A model generated the notes under the pieces. That model did not search any database. It worked only from the letters and a program-made list of their open reading frames with translations, and was not told the DNA's origin. DNA of 20,000 nucleotides. Origin: an uncultured virus (IMG/VR IMGVR_UViG_3300029305_005079) (taxonomy: Duplodnaviria > Heunggongvirae > Uroviricota > Caudoviricetes). The translations under genes and the position numbers were made by a program. Shown piece after piece: positions 8,668 through 17,422 of this stretch (position 1 is its first letter; each line of letters starts with the position of its first letter). The stretch lies in the IMG/VR virus record IMGVR_UViG_3300029305_005079; one strand, given 5' to 3'.

Positions 8668-8760
8668 TACTATCATTCCTCCATTGGTATTCTTACTTAC
8701 ATGTTCAAAGAAGCCTTGAGAGGCAGGCTCAGATAAGACCCGATTCTTCTGGTAAGTCAA

Positions 8761-8772
8761 AACATATAAATA
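8761..8772 (+). promoter_or_regulatory. AACA-N6-TA putative late promoter (divergent partner at 8694..8705 on the minus strand)
   Basis: AACAtataaaTA upstream of the tail fibre RBS. Confidence 0.6.
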
Positions 8773-8800
8773 AATCTTTTTAAATAAGGAGGTTTATGAC

Positions 8801-11800
8801 ATGTCTTCAACTCCAAGGCATCCCATTAGACTTTCTGTATATACTTCGGATGGTGTATACTATCCTAGAGAAATTACAGAAGCTAATGGTAAATTATACT
8901 TGATTAATGATGATGGCTCTGTGGTCGAGTTAAACAAAACCGCAGTGACAAAAATTACTGATGCCGCTGGAACCGCAATTGGTAGTGTGGATCCTACTAC
9001 CGGTGGAACAGTGGCCATTCCTAATGCCTCTACAACTAAAAGAGGTCTTGTTGTATTCGGAACTTCTACAGGTAAGGCGCCTGGTACAGCGTCTGCTGGT
9101 TCTTCCGATTCTGTTGCTAGAGCTGACCATGTACACCCTGTACAGACATCTGTAAGTGGTAATGCTGGTACGGCTACAAAACTAGCTAATGCTATTAACG
9201 TTAGTTTCTCTGGTGTAACTGGAGAATCTTTCAGTTTTGATGGTACTACAGATGTGACACTTAAAATTACAGCTGTACCTGCTAGCATCGTATCTGGTCT
9301 TGCTACAGTTGGCACTAGCGGAAAGTATTCTGATCTTTCCGGTCTTCCTACTATCTATCAGCCTGCTACAACAGCACCCAAAGTTGCTGGTACAGCTGCT
9401 GTAGGTACTGGTACTACATTTGCTAGAGCAGATCATGTACATCCTGCTCAGACTACGATTACTGGTAACGCAGGAAGCGCAACTAAATTAGCTACAGCTA
9501 GAACTATTACGGTTAGTGGCGTGACAGCTACTGGAGCATCTTTTGATGGTTCTGCTGATGCTACTATTGCTATTACCGCAGTACCAGCATCTATCGTATC
9601 TGGTCTTGCTACAGTCGCTACAAGCGGAAAGTACTCTGATCTTTCCGGTCTTCCTACAATTTATGGACCTTCTAGTACCACACCCAAAGCTGCTGGAACA
9701 GCTGCTGTAGGTACTGGTACTACATTTGCTAGAGCAGATCATGTACACCCTGCTCAGACTACTGTATCTGGTAATGCCGGTACGGCTACAAAGCTTAAGA
9801 ATACAGTAACCATTGGACTTTCTGGGGTAACTGCTACAGCACAGGAATTTGATGGATCTGATGATGTAACTATTCCGATTACAGCAGTTCCTGCTAGCAT
9901 AGTATCTGGTCTTGCTACAGTCGCTACAAGCGGAAAGTACTCTGATCTCTCTGGCTTGCCCACTATCTATGGACCTTCTAGTACCACGCCCAAAGCTGCT
10001 GGAACAGCTGCTGTAGGTACTGGTACTACATTTGCTAGAGCAGATCATGTACATCCTGCTCAGACTACGATTACTGGTAACGCAGGAAGCGCAACTAAGC
10101 TTGCTAGTGCAGTAAATATCAAACTCTCTGGGGGAGCAACTGGTACTGGATCTTTTGACGGATCTGGAGATACTACTATTAATGTAACAGCCCTTGACGG
10201 TTCCAAGATTACTGGTACTATTCCGCTCGCTTCTATTCCTAAGGGAGCTCAGGAGCGTCTTATTGTTGTTACAGATGATACTGCTAGACTTGCACTCACC
10301 TCTTCTGGTGCACAGAATGGCGATGTTGTTAAAGTAGAAAGCACTGGTATCATGTATTATATCGTGGATGATACGGCTATGGGTAGCGAAGATGCATTCT
10401 CTGTATTTACTGCAGGAGCTGCTTCCTCTGTTGCTTGGAGTGGCATTACTGGAAAACCTAGCACGTTTACTCCAGCTAGCCATAAACATTCTGCTGATGA
10501 TATCAATTCTGGAACGCTTGGAGTTGCTAGAGGTGGCACAGGCACTACTACATTTACTAGTGGTGCTGTACTTATTGGTAATGGAACTGGAGCTATTCAG
10601 ACTAGAGCTATCGATACAACTTCCGGGGGTACTTCTGGTAGTACTTCTCTTATTACCTCTGGTGCTGTATTTGCTGGACTTTCTGGAAAAGCAAACTCTT
10701 CTCATGGTACTCACGTAACTTATGGTACAGCGGCTCCTGTCGTTGCTGGTACAGCATCTGCCGGTTCTGCAGCAAGTGTATCTAGAAGTGACCACGTTCA
10801 CCCTGCACAGACATCTGTAAGTGGTAATGCTGGTACGGCTACTAAACTTAAGAGCACTGTGTCTATTGGTCTTTCTGGAGTAACAGCTACAGCTCAGGAA
10901 TTTGATGGATCTGATGATGTAACTATTCCGATTACAGCAGTTCCTGCTAGCATAGTATCTGGTCTTGCTACAGTCGCTACAAGCGGAAAGTACTCTGATC
11001 TCTCCGGAACTCCTAGTATCCCTTCAGCATCTAGCACCACTCCTAAGGCTGCTGGAACAGCTGCTGTAGGTACTGGTACTACATTTGCTAGAGCAGATCA
11101 TGTACACCCTGCTCAGACTACAATTACAGGTAATGCCGGAAGTGCTACAAAGGTTAATAGTAACCTTATTATCAAACTCAATGGCGGCACTACAGAAGGC
11201 ACGAATTTATTCACCTTTAATGGATCTGCCGCTAAGACTATTGATATCACCCCTGCAGGTATCGGTGCTGCAACAACTTCTGCACTGAGTACCCATACAT
11301 CCAATACATCTAACCCTCACAGTGTAACAAAATCTCAGATTGGATTAGGTAATGTAGATAATACTGCGGATGCTAATAAGGAAGTCAGATACGCCACAAG
11401 CGCCGGCCAAGCAGAGACTCTTAGCTGGATTAACAGGGCGACAAGCGGATCTGTAACTCCTCTTGGAGCCTCTCTTTCTGCTGAGCATAGCGCAAATAGA
11501 CTTGCATTCCTTAATCCTAATGCACTTACTATCGAATATTCCAATGATGGTGGATCTACTTGGTCTAATGCCGGTATTGCAGATGCAACAAAAGTTGGTT
11601 TTGTAACAACTTCTGGTACGTTAAATATCGGTTCTGCTTCATCCGTAACAACGAATCTTAAGACTAGAGTTACAGTTACAGCTCAAGATGGAACAACAGG
11701 CTATGTTTATACAAGACCCCGCAAACTTTTACTCAATGTCTCTACTGCTGGTCATGGAATATCTGTTACTATAGAAACAAAGACTGGAGCTAGCGGTGCA

Positions 11801-13675
11801 TCTTGGACAACCGTTGGAACTTATCCTCTTTCTGGATGGAGCGGATGGAATGATATTCCGCTTGCTTTCGCTACTCTTGGTGGTGGTGCAAATCAAACCA
11901 CTAATATCTGGTACATGAGGCTGACATTCTCAACAACCTCTGTTAATTCCTCTTATAATACTACTAAAGCAACAGTTCTTGGAATGAGACTGTTTGGCGA
12001 TACTTGTTGGACTAAAACAAGTAATATGGGCGAAACAGGTCATCTGTATTCCTATGATTATCAGCAGAATGCTACATTCCCTGCTGGTGTTACTGCAACA
12101 TCGTTTACTGGAGCTTTGAGTGGTAATGCATCTTCTGCTAATAAAGTAAATAATAATCTTATTATTAAATTTAACAGCGGTACTACAGAAGGTACAAACC
12201 TCTTTACATTTAACGGATCTGGTGCTAAGACTGTTAATATTACCCCTGGTGCTATTGGTGCTGCCGCTAGCAGTCATACTCATAATTATGCAGGATCTTC
12301 TTCTGCAGGTGGTGCTGCTAATAGCGTGGCTAATAGTATCATCATTAAACTTAACGGTGGTTCTACTGAAGGTACAAACTTGTTTACGTTTAACGGTTCT
12401 GGGGCTAAGACAATCAATATTACTCCTAGTGCTATTGGTGCTGCTGCAAGCTCGCATGGTACTCACGTAAGCTATGGAACTTCTGCTCCTGCTGCTGCGG
12501 GCACTGCTTCTGCTGGATCTGCTTCCACAGTATCTAGAAGTGACCACGTTCACCCTGCACAGACTACTATAAGTGGTAATGCTGGCTCTGCAACCAAGGT
12601 TAATAATAATCTTATTATCAAGCTTAATAGTGGTACTACAGAGGGTACAAATCTGTTTACCTTCAACGGTTCTGCTGCTAAGACTATTAATATCACTCCT
12701 AGCGCTATTGGTGCTGCTGCAAGCTCGCACGGTACTCATGTAAGCTTTAGCACAACCAACCCTGTAGTTGCTGGCACAGCTGCTGTGGGTACTGCTACTA
12801 CAGTATCTAGAAGCGACCACGTTCACCCTGCTCAGACTAGTGTAAGTGGAAATGCTGGTACGGCTACTAAATTCGCATCTGCTCAGTCTGTAACTCTTAC
12901 TGGCGACGTAACAGGAACTAAGTCGTCTCAGGCTGGTTGGTCTATAGCTACTACTCTTGCAAACTCTGGAGTAACTGCTGGATCTTATGGTCCTTCTGCA
13001 GATGCTTCTCCTGCTCATAAGGGTACATTTACAGTTCCTTATATCACTGTAGATGCTAAGGGTCGTGTAACAGCGGCTTCTACGAAGACTATCACACTTC
13101 CTGCAGATAATAATACTACCTATAGCCCTGCAACTCTTGGCTTTGGTAGAGGTACTTGTTCTACCGCATATGCTACTGTTGCAAAAGCAGTTACTCTTAG
13201 TGGCTATGCTCTTGTAACTGGAGGTATGGTTGCTGTACAGTTCACCTATGGTGTGCCTGCTGGTGCAACCCTTAATGTAAACTCTAAGGGTGCTAAGGCT
13301 ATTTATCATGGAACTGCTGCAATCAAGGATGGCGTAATTAAGGCTGGTGATACTGCTACATTCGTTTATAATGGTACTTACTATTATCTCGTATCTGTAG
13401 CAAGCGGATCTAATACTTATACTGCATCTATTACTACAACTTGGTCTGGTTCTGCGGCTCCTTATACTCAGACTATTACAGTATCTGGTATGAGCGCTAA
13501 TGATAATCCTATTGTAGATATCGTACCCGATTCGGATTATGATACTGCAGTAGAGCAGATGTATGAATACAATAAGATTTATCGCATTACAACTGCGCTT
13601 AATTCTATTACAGTTTATGCAACTGAGCCTACTGAAGTAGCTATTCCGATTCAGCTTAAATGCGTTAAGGCTTAA
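8801..13675 (+). CDS. Long repetitive tail fibre protein (1624 aa)
   Basis: Rich in T/A/S/G; eight (A/S)R(A/S)DHVHP motifs; GNAGTATKL..FDGS repeats; NPHSVTKSQIGLGNVDNTAD and ITVDAKGRVTAA motifs typical of phage fibres; AAGGAGGT RBS. Confidence 0.9.
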   Translation: MSSTPRHPIRLSVYTSDGVYYPREITEANGKLYLINDDGSVVELNKTAVTKITDAAGTAIGSVDPTTGGTVAIPNASTTKRGLVVFGTSTGKAPGTASAGSSDSVARADHVHPVQTSVSGNAGTATKLANAINVSFSGVTGESFSFDGTTDVTLKITAVPASIVSGLATVGTSGKYSDLSGLPTIYQPATTAPKVAGTAAVGTGTTFARADHVHPAQTTITGNAGSATKLATARTITVSGVTATGASFDGSADATIAITAVPASIVSGLATVATSGKYSDLSGLPTIYGPSSTTPKAAGTAAVGTGTTFARADHVHPAQTTVSGNAGTATKLKNTVTIGLSGVTATAQEFDGSDDVTIPITAVPASIVSGLATVATSGKYSDLSGLPTIYGPSSTTPKAAGTAAVGTGTTFARADHVHPAQTTITGNAGSATKLASAVNIKLSGGATGTGSFDGSGDTTINVTALDGSKITGTIPLASIPKGAQERLIVVTDDTARLALTSSGAQNGDVVKVESTGIMYYIVDDTAMGSEDAFSVFTAGAASSVAWSGITGKPSTFTPASHKHSADDINSGTLGVARGGTGTTTFTSGAVLIGNGTGAIQTRAIDTTSGGTSGSTSLITSGAVFAGLSGKANSSHGTHVTYGTAAPVVAGTASAGSAASVSRSDHVHPAQTSVSGNAGTATKLKSTVSIGLSGVTATAQEFDGSDDVTIPITAVPASIVSGLATVATSGKYSDLSGTPSIPSASSTTPKAAGTAAVGTGTTFARADHVHPAQTTITGNAGSATKVNSNLIIKLNGGTTEGTNLFTFNGSAAKTIDITPAGIGAATTSALSTHTSNTSNPHSVTKSQIGLGNVDNTADANKEVRYATSAGQAETLSWINRATSGSVTPLGASLSAEHSANRLAFLNPNALTIEYSNDGGSTWSNAGIADATKVGFVTTSGTLNIGSASSVTTNLKTRVTVTAQDGTTGYVYTRPRKLLLNVSTAGHGISVTIETKTGASGASWTTVGTYPLSGWSGWNDIPLAFATLGGGANQTTNIWYMRLTFSTTSVNSSYNTTKATVLGMRLFGDTCWTKTSNMGETGHLYSYDYQQNATFPAGVTATSFTGALSGNASSANKVNNNLIIKFNSGTTEGTNLFTFNGSGAKTVNITPGAIGAAASSHTHNYAGSSSAGGAANSVANSIIIKLNGGSTEGTNLFTFNGSGAKTINITPSAIGAAASSHGTHVSYGTSAPAAAGTASAGSASTVSRSDHVHPAQTTISGNAGSATKVNNNLIIKLNSGTTEGTNLFTFNGSAAKTINITPSAIGAAASSHGTHVSFSTTNPVVAGTAAVGTATTVSRSDHVHPAQTSVSGNAGTATKFASAQSVTLTGDVTGTKSSQAGWSIATTLANSGVTAGSYGPSADASPAHKGTFTVPYITVDAKGRVTAASTKTITLPADNNTTYSPATLGFGRGTCSTAYATVAKAVTLSGYALVTGGMVAVQFTYGVPAGATLNVNSKGAKAIYHGTAAIKDGVIKAGDTATFVYNGTYYYLVSVASGSNTYTASITTTWSGSAAPYTQTITVSGMSANDNPIVDIVPDSDYDTAVEQMYEYNKIYRITTALNSITVYATEPTEVAIPIQLKCVKA
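9117..11150 (+). repeat. Intragenic ~306-bp (102-aa) repeats in the tail fibre
   Basis: GCTAGAGCAGATCATGTACA at 9422, 9728, 10034 (306-bp spacing) and 11087, with long near-identical flanks. Confidence 0.85.
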
Positions 13676-13683
13676 ATAACTAA

Positions 13684-13722
13684 GAAAGGATAACGCCGAA
13701 TAAGCGTTATCCTTTCGCTTTA
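13684..13722 (+). terminator. Hairpin / probable terminator
   Basis: 13-bp stem GAAAGGATAACGC/GCGTTATCCTTTC. Confidence 0.65.
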
Positions 13723-13812
13723 TACTCATACTCAAACATAATACTAATAGTTTGAGATAAATAGAGCGTTATAACATTTAATTAAAAACTGCAATCAAGG
13801 AGGTCAGGTACA

Positions 13813-14637
13813 ATGAGTAATGCTGCTGCTAAAGCCAGAATTCCTACTAGACCTTTATCATATGAACACGTAGGTATGGCCCAGCCAAAAGAATTGATTG
13901 TTGATTATAAAAATCATGCAATTTATATTTGTGATGCTGACGGTAATGTCGTCTCTGCATCTACTACTATAGAAACTGCTGATATCGTAAAGGATGTTCT
14001 TACTCAACTTGAAGCCAATCCTGATACGATTAAGGATGTTAAAATCACTCTTGAAGATGGTACTGTTGTTACACTCGAAGAAGGTATTAAGAACAATTCC
14101 GCTTTGCTTTCAAAGATTTTTGATGCAAGCGGTAATCTAATTCTTAAAGTTCCTGCTGCTAATGTAACCACTACAGATAATCTTCAGTTTGTATCTAAAG
14201 CAGAAAAAGAAAAGTGGGGCAAAATTGAAGAAATTCTCGATGAAGAAGGTAATGTTGTTATCGGAGATAGTGATGTTAAAGCCGAGAATGTTATTACTAC
14301 TACTACACTACAGTTTGTTTCTGCTAATGAAAAAGATACTTGGAATGCAAAAGCTTCCATTAAGCATGTAAATGCTACTATATTGAGCGATGAGTCTAAA
14401 TGGACAGAATCTTCTGAAAACTTCGCATATATTCAGAAGCTTGATATCGCCGATATCCTTGAAACTGATTATCCTATCGTGGACGTTCAATTGTCCGATA
14501 ATTATAATACAGCTCTTACAGAGCTTAATGAATATAGTAAGATCTATAAGATCTTGACATACGATGGATATATTGAAATCTATGCAACAGATCCCGTTAT
14601 TGTAGATCTGAATGTAATATTTAAAATAGATAGGTAA
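13813..14637 (+). CDS. Tail-fibre-associated protein (274 aa)
   Basis: C-terminal ~85 aa is similar to the tail fibre C-terminus; two LQFVS..EK..W repeats; AAGGAGGT RBS; AACA-N6-TA motifs at 13735 and 13773. Confidence 0.8.
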   Translation: MSNAAAKARIPTRPLSYEHVGMAQPKELIVDYKNHAIYICDADGNVVSASTTIETADIVKDVLTQLEANPDTIKDVKITLEDGTVVTLEEGIKNNSALLSKIFDASGNLILKVPAANVTTTDNLQFVSKAEKEKWGKIEEILDEEGNVVIGDSDVKAENVITTTTLQFVSANEKDTWNAKASIKHVNATILSDESKWTESSENFAYIQKLDIADILETDYPIVDVQLSDNYNTALTELNEYSKIYKILTYDGYIEIYATDPVIVDLNVIFKIDR

Positions 14638-14654
14638 TACGGAGGTAAATAAAC

Positions 14655-15386
14655 ATGAAAGTATTTCAGATTGTCAACGGAAAATGCCACTGGCATACTC
14701 CGTATGAAAATGTCGGAGAGACATTAAACAGATATCCTAAGAGTTGTGTATTTGTTGAAGCTCCCGATTATGTATTTGAAGGATGGGGTTATCGTACTAA
14801 GGATGACGAAGGTAATGCTGTAACAGGCGATGACAGATTCGTTCAGCCTATCCCTCCTGAAGGATATATTTATGATGAAGATACTGGTCGCTTTGTTCCT
14901 GAAGATGAAGTTGCTAATATTCTTCATAAGGCTCAGCTTGCTAAACAGGAAGAGAATAAAACTCTTTTTGCTAACTTCCTTGCTTCTCACCCTCTCCTCT
15001 ATACAGATGGAAAGTATTACGGTGTAACAATGGAAGACCAGACAGAAATCCAGCTGAATATGTCTCAGTACCAGCTTCAGGTTGGAGCGGGTATCGAGAA
15101 TCCTACTCTTGAATGGCATGCTATTCAGGAAGGTTGTCAGCCTTGGACTTTTGAAAACCTCGCTGCTCTTGCTCTTACAATCAGTAACTATATTTATCCC
15201 TGGTTCAGAAAAATGAATGAGTATAAAACTGCAATCTTTGCTGCTACTACTAAGGCAGAGGTAAATGCTATTGAACTCATTTATATGACTGATGCTGAAA
15301 TATTAGCAGCTTCTGAAGAAGTTGTTGAGGACGATACTACTGTAGAAGAGCCCGTGGCTACAGAAGAAACTACTACTGAAGAGTAA
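14655..15386 (+). CDS. Putative tail fibre assembly chaperone (DUF4376-like C-terminal domain)
   Basis: N-terminal FVEAPDYVFEGWGY; C-terminal DGKYYGVTMEDQ...W...WTFENLAALA...IFAATTKAEVNAI pattern; located downstream of the fibre genes. Confidence 0.65.
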   Translation: MKVFQIVNGKCHWHTPYENVGETLNRYPKSCVFVEAPDYVFEGWGYRTKDDEGNAVTGDDRFVQPIPPEGYIYDEDTGRFVPEDEVANILHKAQLAKQEENKTLFANFLASHPLLYTDGKYYGVTMEDQTEIQLNMSQYQLQVGAGIENPTLEWHAIQEGCQPWTFENLAALALTISNYIYPWFRKMNEYKTAIFAATTKAEVNAIELIYMTDAEILAASEEVVEDDTTVEEPVATEETTTEE

Positions 15387-15393
15387 ATAAATT

Positions 15394-15430
15394 AGAGATA
15401 GAGATCAAGATCGATCTCTATCTCTTTTTT
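15394..15430 (+). terminator. Rho-independent terminator
   Basis: AGAGATAGAGATC/GATCTCTATCTCT stem followed by a T tract. Confidence 0.8.
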
Positions 15431-15515
15431 CGTTTATATTATTATAAACTTATCTTATATACTGATTTCTCCAAACATCTTAATAAATGATAATTAAGAC
15501 TGTGAGGGGATATAT

Positions 15516-15872
15516 ATGAAAGACTTTGATATCAGAAATTATATGTGGAATATTTGGGAAATTTCCAGTCATAATAATCTGAATAATATACGTATAGCTT
15601 TGGATATGTTTTTAGAAAATCTTGAGCTTGGATATGAACGGTATGGTGGTGCAAATGGTGTGGATTACAATTCTCTCTCCAAAATATGGCGAAGACAATC
15701 GGAATCTTATCATACACATGAAAAAATAATTTTCAATAAAGTAATCCATAAATCATATAAAACCTTATGCAACTCCTGGGCGTCTAAAGATAGGGTTAAA
15801 TTTGAAGAGGCATGTTGGGTTAATCTTATGATGTTTGGGATTGCTTATACCGATCCAGATCGTAAACATTAA
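15516..15872 (+). CDS. Hypothetical protein (118 aa)
   Basis: GAGGGG RBS; AACA-N6-TA at 15474..15485; 12-bp hairpin at 15873..15900 downstream. Confidence 0.7.
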   Translation: MKDFDIRNYMWNIWEISSHNNLNNIRIALDMFLENLELGYERYGGANGVDYNSLSKIWRRQSESYHTHEKIIFNKVIHKSYKTLCNSWASKDRVKFEEACWVNLMMFGIAYTDPDRKH

Positions 15873-15945
15873 GAGGAAGGAGAGGCCACTCTCCTTCCTC
15901 AACATTTAAATAAATCAAATCTATAAGAAAGGAGAGTATCTTTCT

Positions 15946-16404
15946 ATGAAAACATTTTTCAAGAAACTTATAGAATACTTTATTTTACTAGTCGTAGGAG
16001 GCTCTATTTACGTAACTATGGAAATCCTTTTTAGAGGATATTCACATATCAGTATGTTTATAGTAGGAGGACTCTGCCTATGTCTAATTGGAGTATTAAA
16101 TGAGTTTTATAAATGGGATATGTATATTGAATGGCAGGTATTGATTGGGGTTGGAATTATTCTTACATTGGAATTTATTTCAGGATGTATTGTAAACCTT
16201 TGGCTTAATTTAAATGTATGGGATTATTCTAATATGCCTCTTAATTTGCTTGGTCAAATATGCTTACCGTTTGCATTACTATGGATTCCATTAGCATTTC
16301 TTGCAATTCTTCTAGATGATCATCTAAGATATAACTGGTTTGGGGAAGAAAAACCTAGATATCGATCTATTATTCTAGAAAAAATAAAATCATTAAAAAA
16401 GTGA
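15946..16404 (+). CDS. Small multi-pass membrane protein, putative ABC-transporter permease-like (CmpB/PF06541-type) family
   Basis: GGSIYVTMEILFRGYSHISMF, LEFISGCIVN, VWDYSNMPLNLLGQICLPF motifs; about four hydrophobic segments. Confidence 0.75.
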   Translation: MKTFFKKLIEYFILLVVGGSIYVTMEILFRGYSHISMFIVGGLCLCLIGVLNEFYKWDMYIEWQVLIGVGIILTLEFISGCIVNLWLNLNVWDYSNMPLNLLGQICLPFALLWIPLAFLAILLDDHLRYNWFGEEKPRYRSIILEKIKSLKK

Positions 16405-16997
16405 TAAAAGAAGGAATAGGGGAAGGTAGAGTATGTTGGAGACCTTCCCCGTATTCCTATTGAAAAGCTTATCACATCTCATTCGGGACCAAATACTACT
16501 TAGACCATCAAAACTAAGTAGCCCGAATTGCTTGTCCGTAAATTCGCCTAGACATGAGCACATACTATAACAATGAGATCAATAAAATATATCTTCATAC
16601 TTAACATGTATCAGTGGTAGCAACACTGATACATGCTTTTGCATGTTGAGTATATTTTAATATGTAGATCTTAAAGGAGGCGAAAAGTAATGGATAATCA
16701 GACCACCGGACGTGAAGAAGATGACGATTAATCCAAAACCCTGGAGATGCTTATGCTTCCCAACCAAAATAATTTAAGGAGACATGTATATGAAACGTAA
16801 AAGCCGATAATGGTCTAGATAGGACACATCTCAAACCTATCTAGACCTAAACAATTTATGTAATATTGAGATACTACTCTTATTATCACGCCAATGATAT
16901 ATAAGAGAATAATAAGACTATTACGATATTAATAATCTTATTATGCCAAGGTCAAACAATATAGGGGTGCCGCCAAGCACCCCTATTATTTTTTTTT
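16401..16997 (+). ncRNA. Candidate large structured non-coding RNA or small-ORF leader region
   Basis: About 600 nt with no long ORF and at least eight stems, including nested ones; ends in a terminator at 16961..16997. Confidence 0.4.
16961..16997 (+). terminator. Rho-independent terminator
   Basis: ATAGGGGTGC-CGCCAA-GCACCCCTAT followed by a T tract. Confidence 0.75.
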
Positions 16998-17316
16998 AGA
17001 CAAAGGTTAATGAAGGAATTCTTCCTTTATCTATTTGACCTTTTACTTTCCACAGAAGACCATTTAAATTTACAAATGAATCGCCAAGATACAACAAGGA
17101 TCGTAGGCAAATATTCATTTCTTCGATATAAACATCATCTTTTTCTTCTGTAAGTTTGATTCCACATATTGTAGCCATTTTATCATTAATTCTCCTAACT
17201 ACATAAGCTTCTGCAACATCAGAATCATCATCGATTGTGACGATATCACCAACGGATATCGCCACATCCTTATCCAGTAAATCTTTTGCTCTTGTTACTT
17301 CCATTGTGTTAGTCAT
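16996..17316 (-). CDS. Hypothetical acidic protein (106 aa)
   Basis: AGAGGA RBS upstream; lies downstream of the RT on the same strand. Confidence 0.7.
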   Translation of the reverse strand: MTNTMEVTRAKDLLDKDVAISVGDIVTIDDDSDVAEAYVVRRINDKMATICGIKLTEEKDDVYIEEMNICLRSLLYLGDSFVNLNGLLWKVKGQIDKGRIPSLTFV

Positions 17317-17422
17317 GATTTTATAAATCCTCTCTTATGTATAAAGTGTAAGAAAATTTGTGTTGTTTTATTTATTACACGTTTTCTTCACCCAAATTAT
17401 ATATAAGAGAAAAATAAGACTT

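Noticed and set aside
81..8719. Short overlapping ORFs (81..542, 850..1197, 2389..2664, 3971..4210, 4817..5146, 5259..5567, 5287..5649, 7231..7668, 8501..8719 and similar)
   Set aside because: They overlap better-supported genes that have clear RBSs, on the opposite strand or in another frame.
9117..12870. Tail fibre repeats as a CRISPR array or as extra DGR variable repeats
   Set aside because: They are in-frame coding repeats with no repeat-spacer pattern and no similarity to the TR.
9488..13735. Long antisense ORFs (9488..10801, 437 aa; 11930..13735, 601 aa; also 8860..9315)
   Set aside because: Ser/Arg/Cys-rich shadows of the tail fibre's GCT/ACT/GGT/TCT codon bias; they overlap a well-supported gene.
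16996..17316. This ORF as the DGR accessory protein Avd
   Set aside because: Acidic with a beta-strand-like pattern, unlike the basic four-helix Avd.
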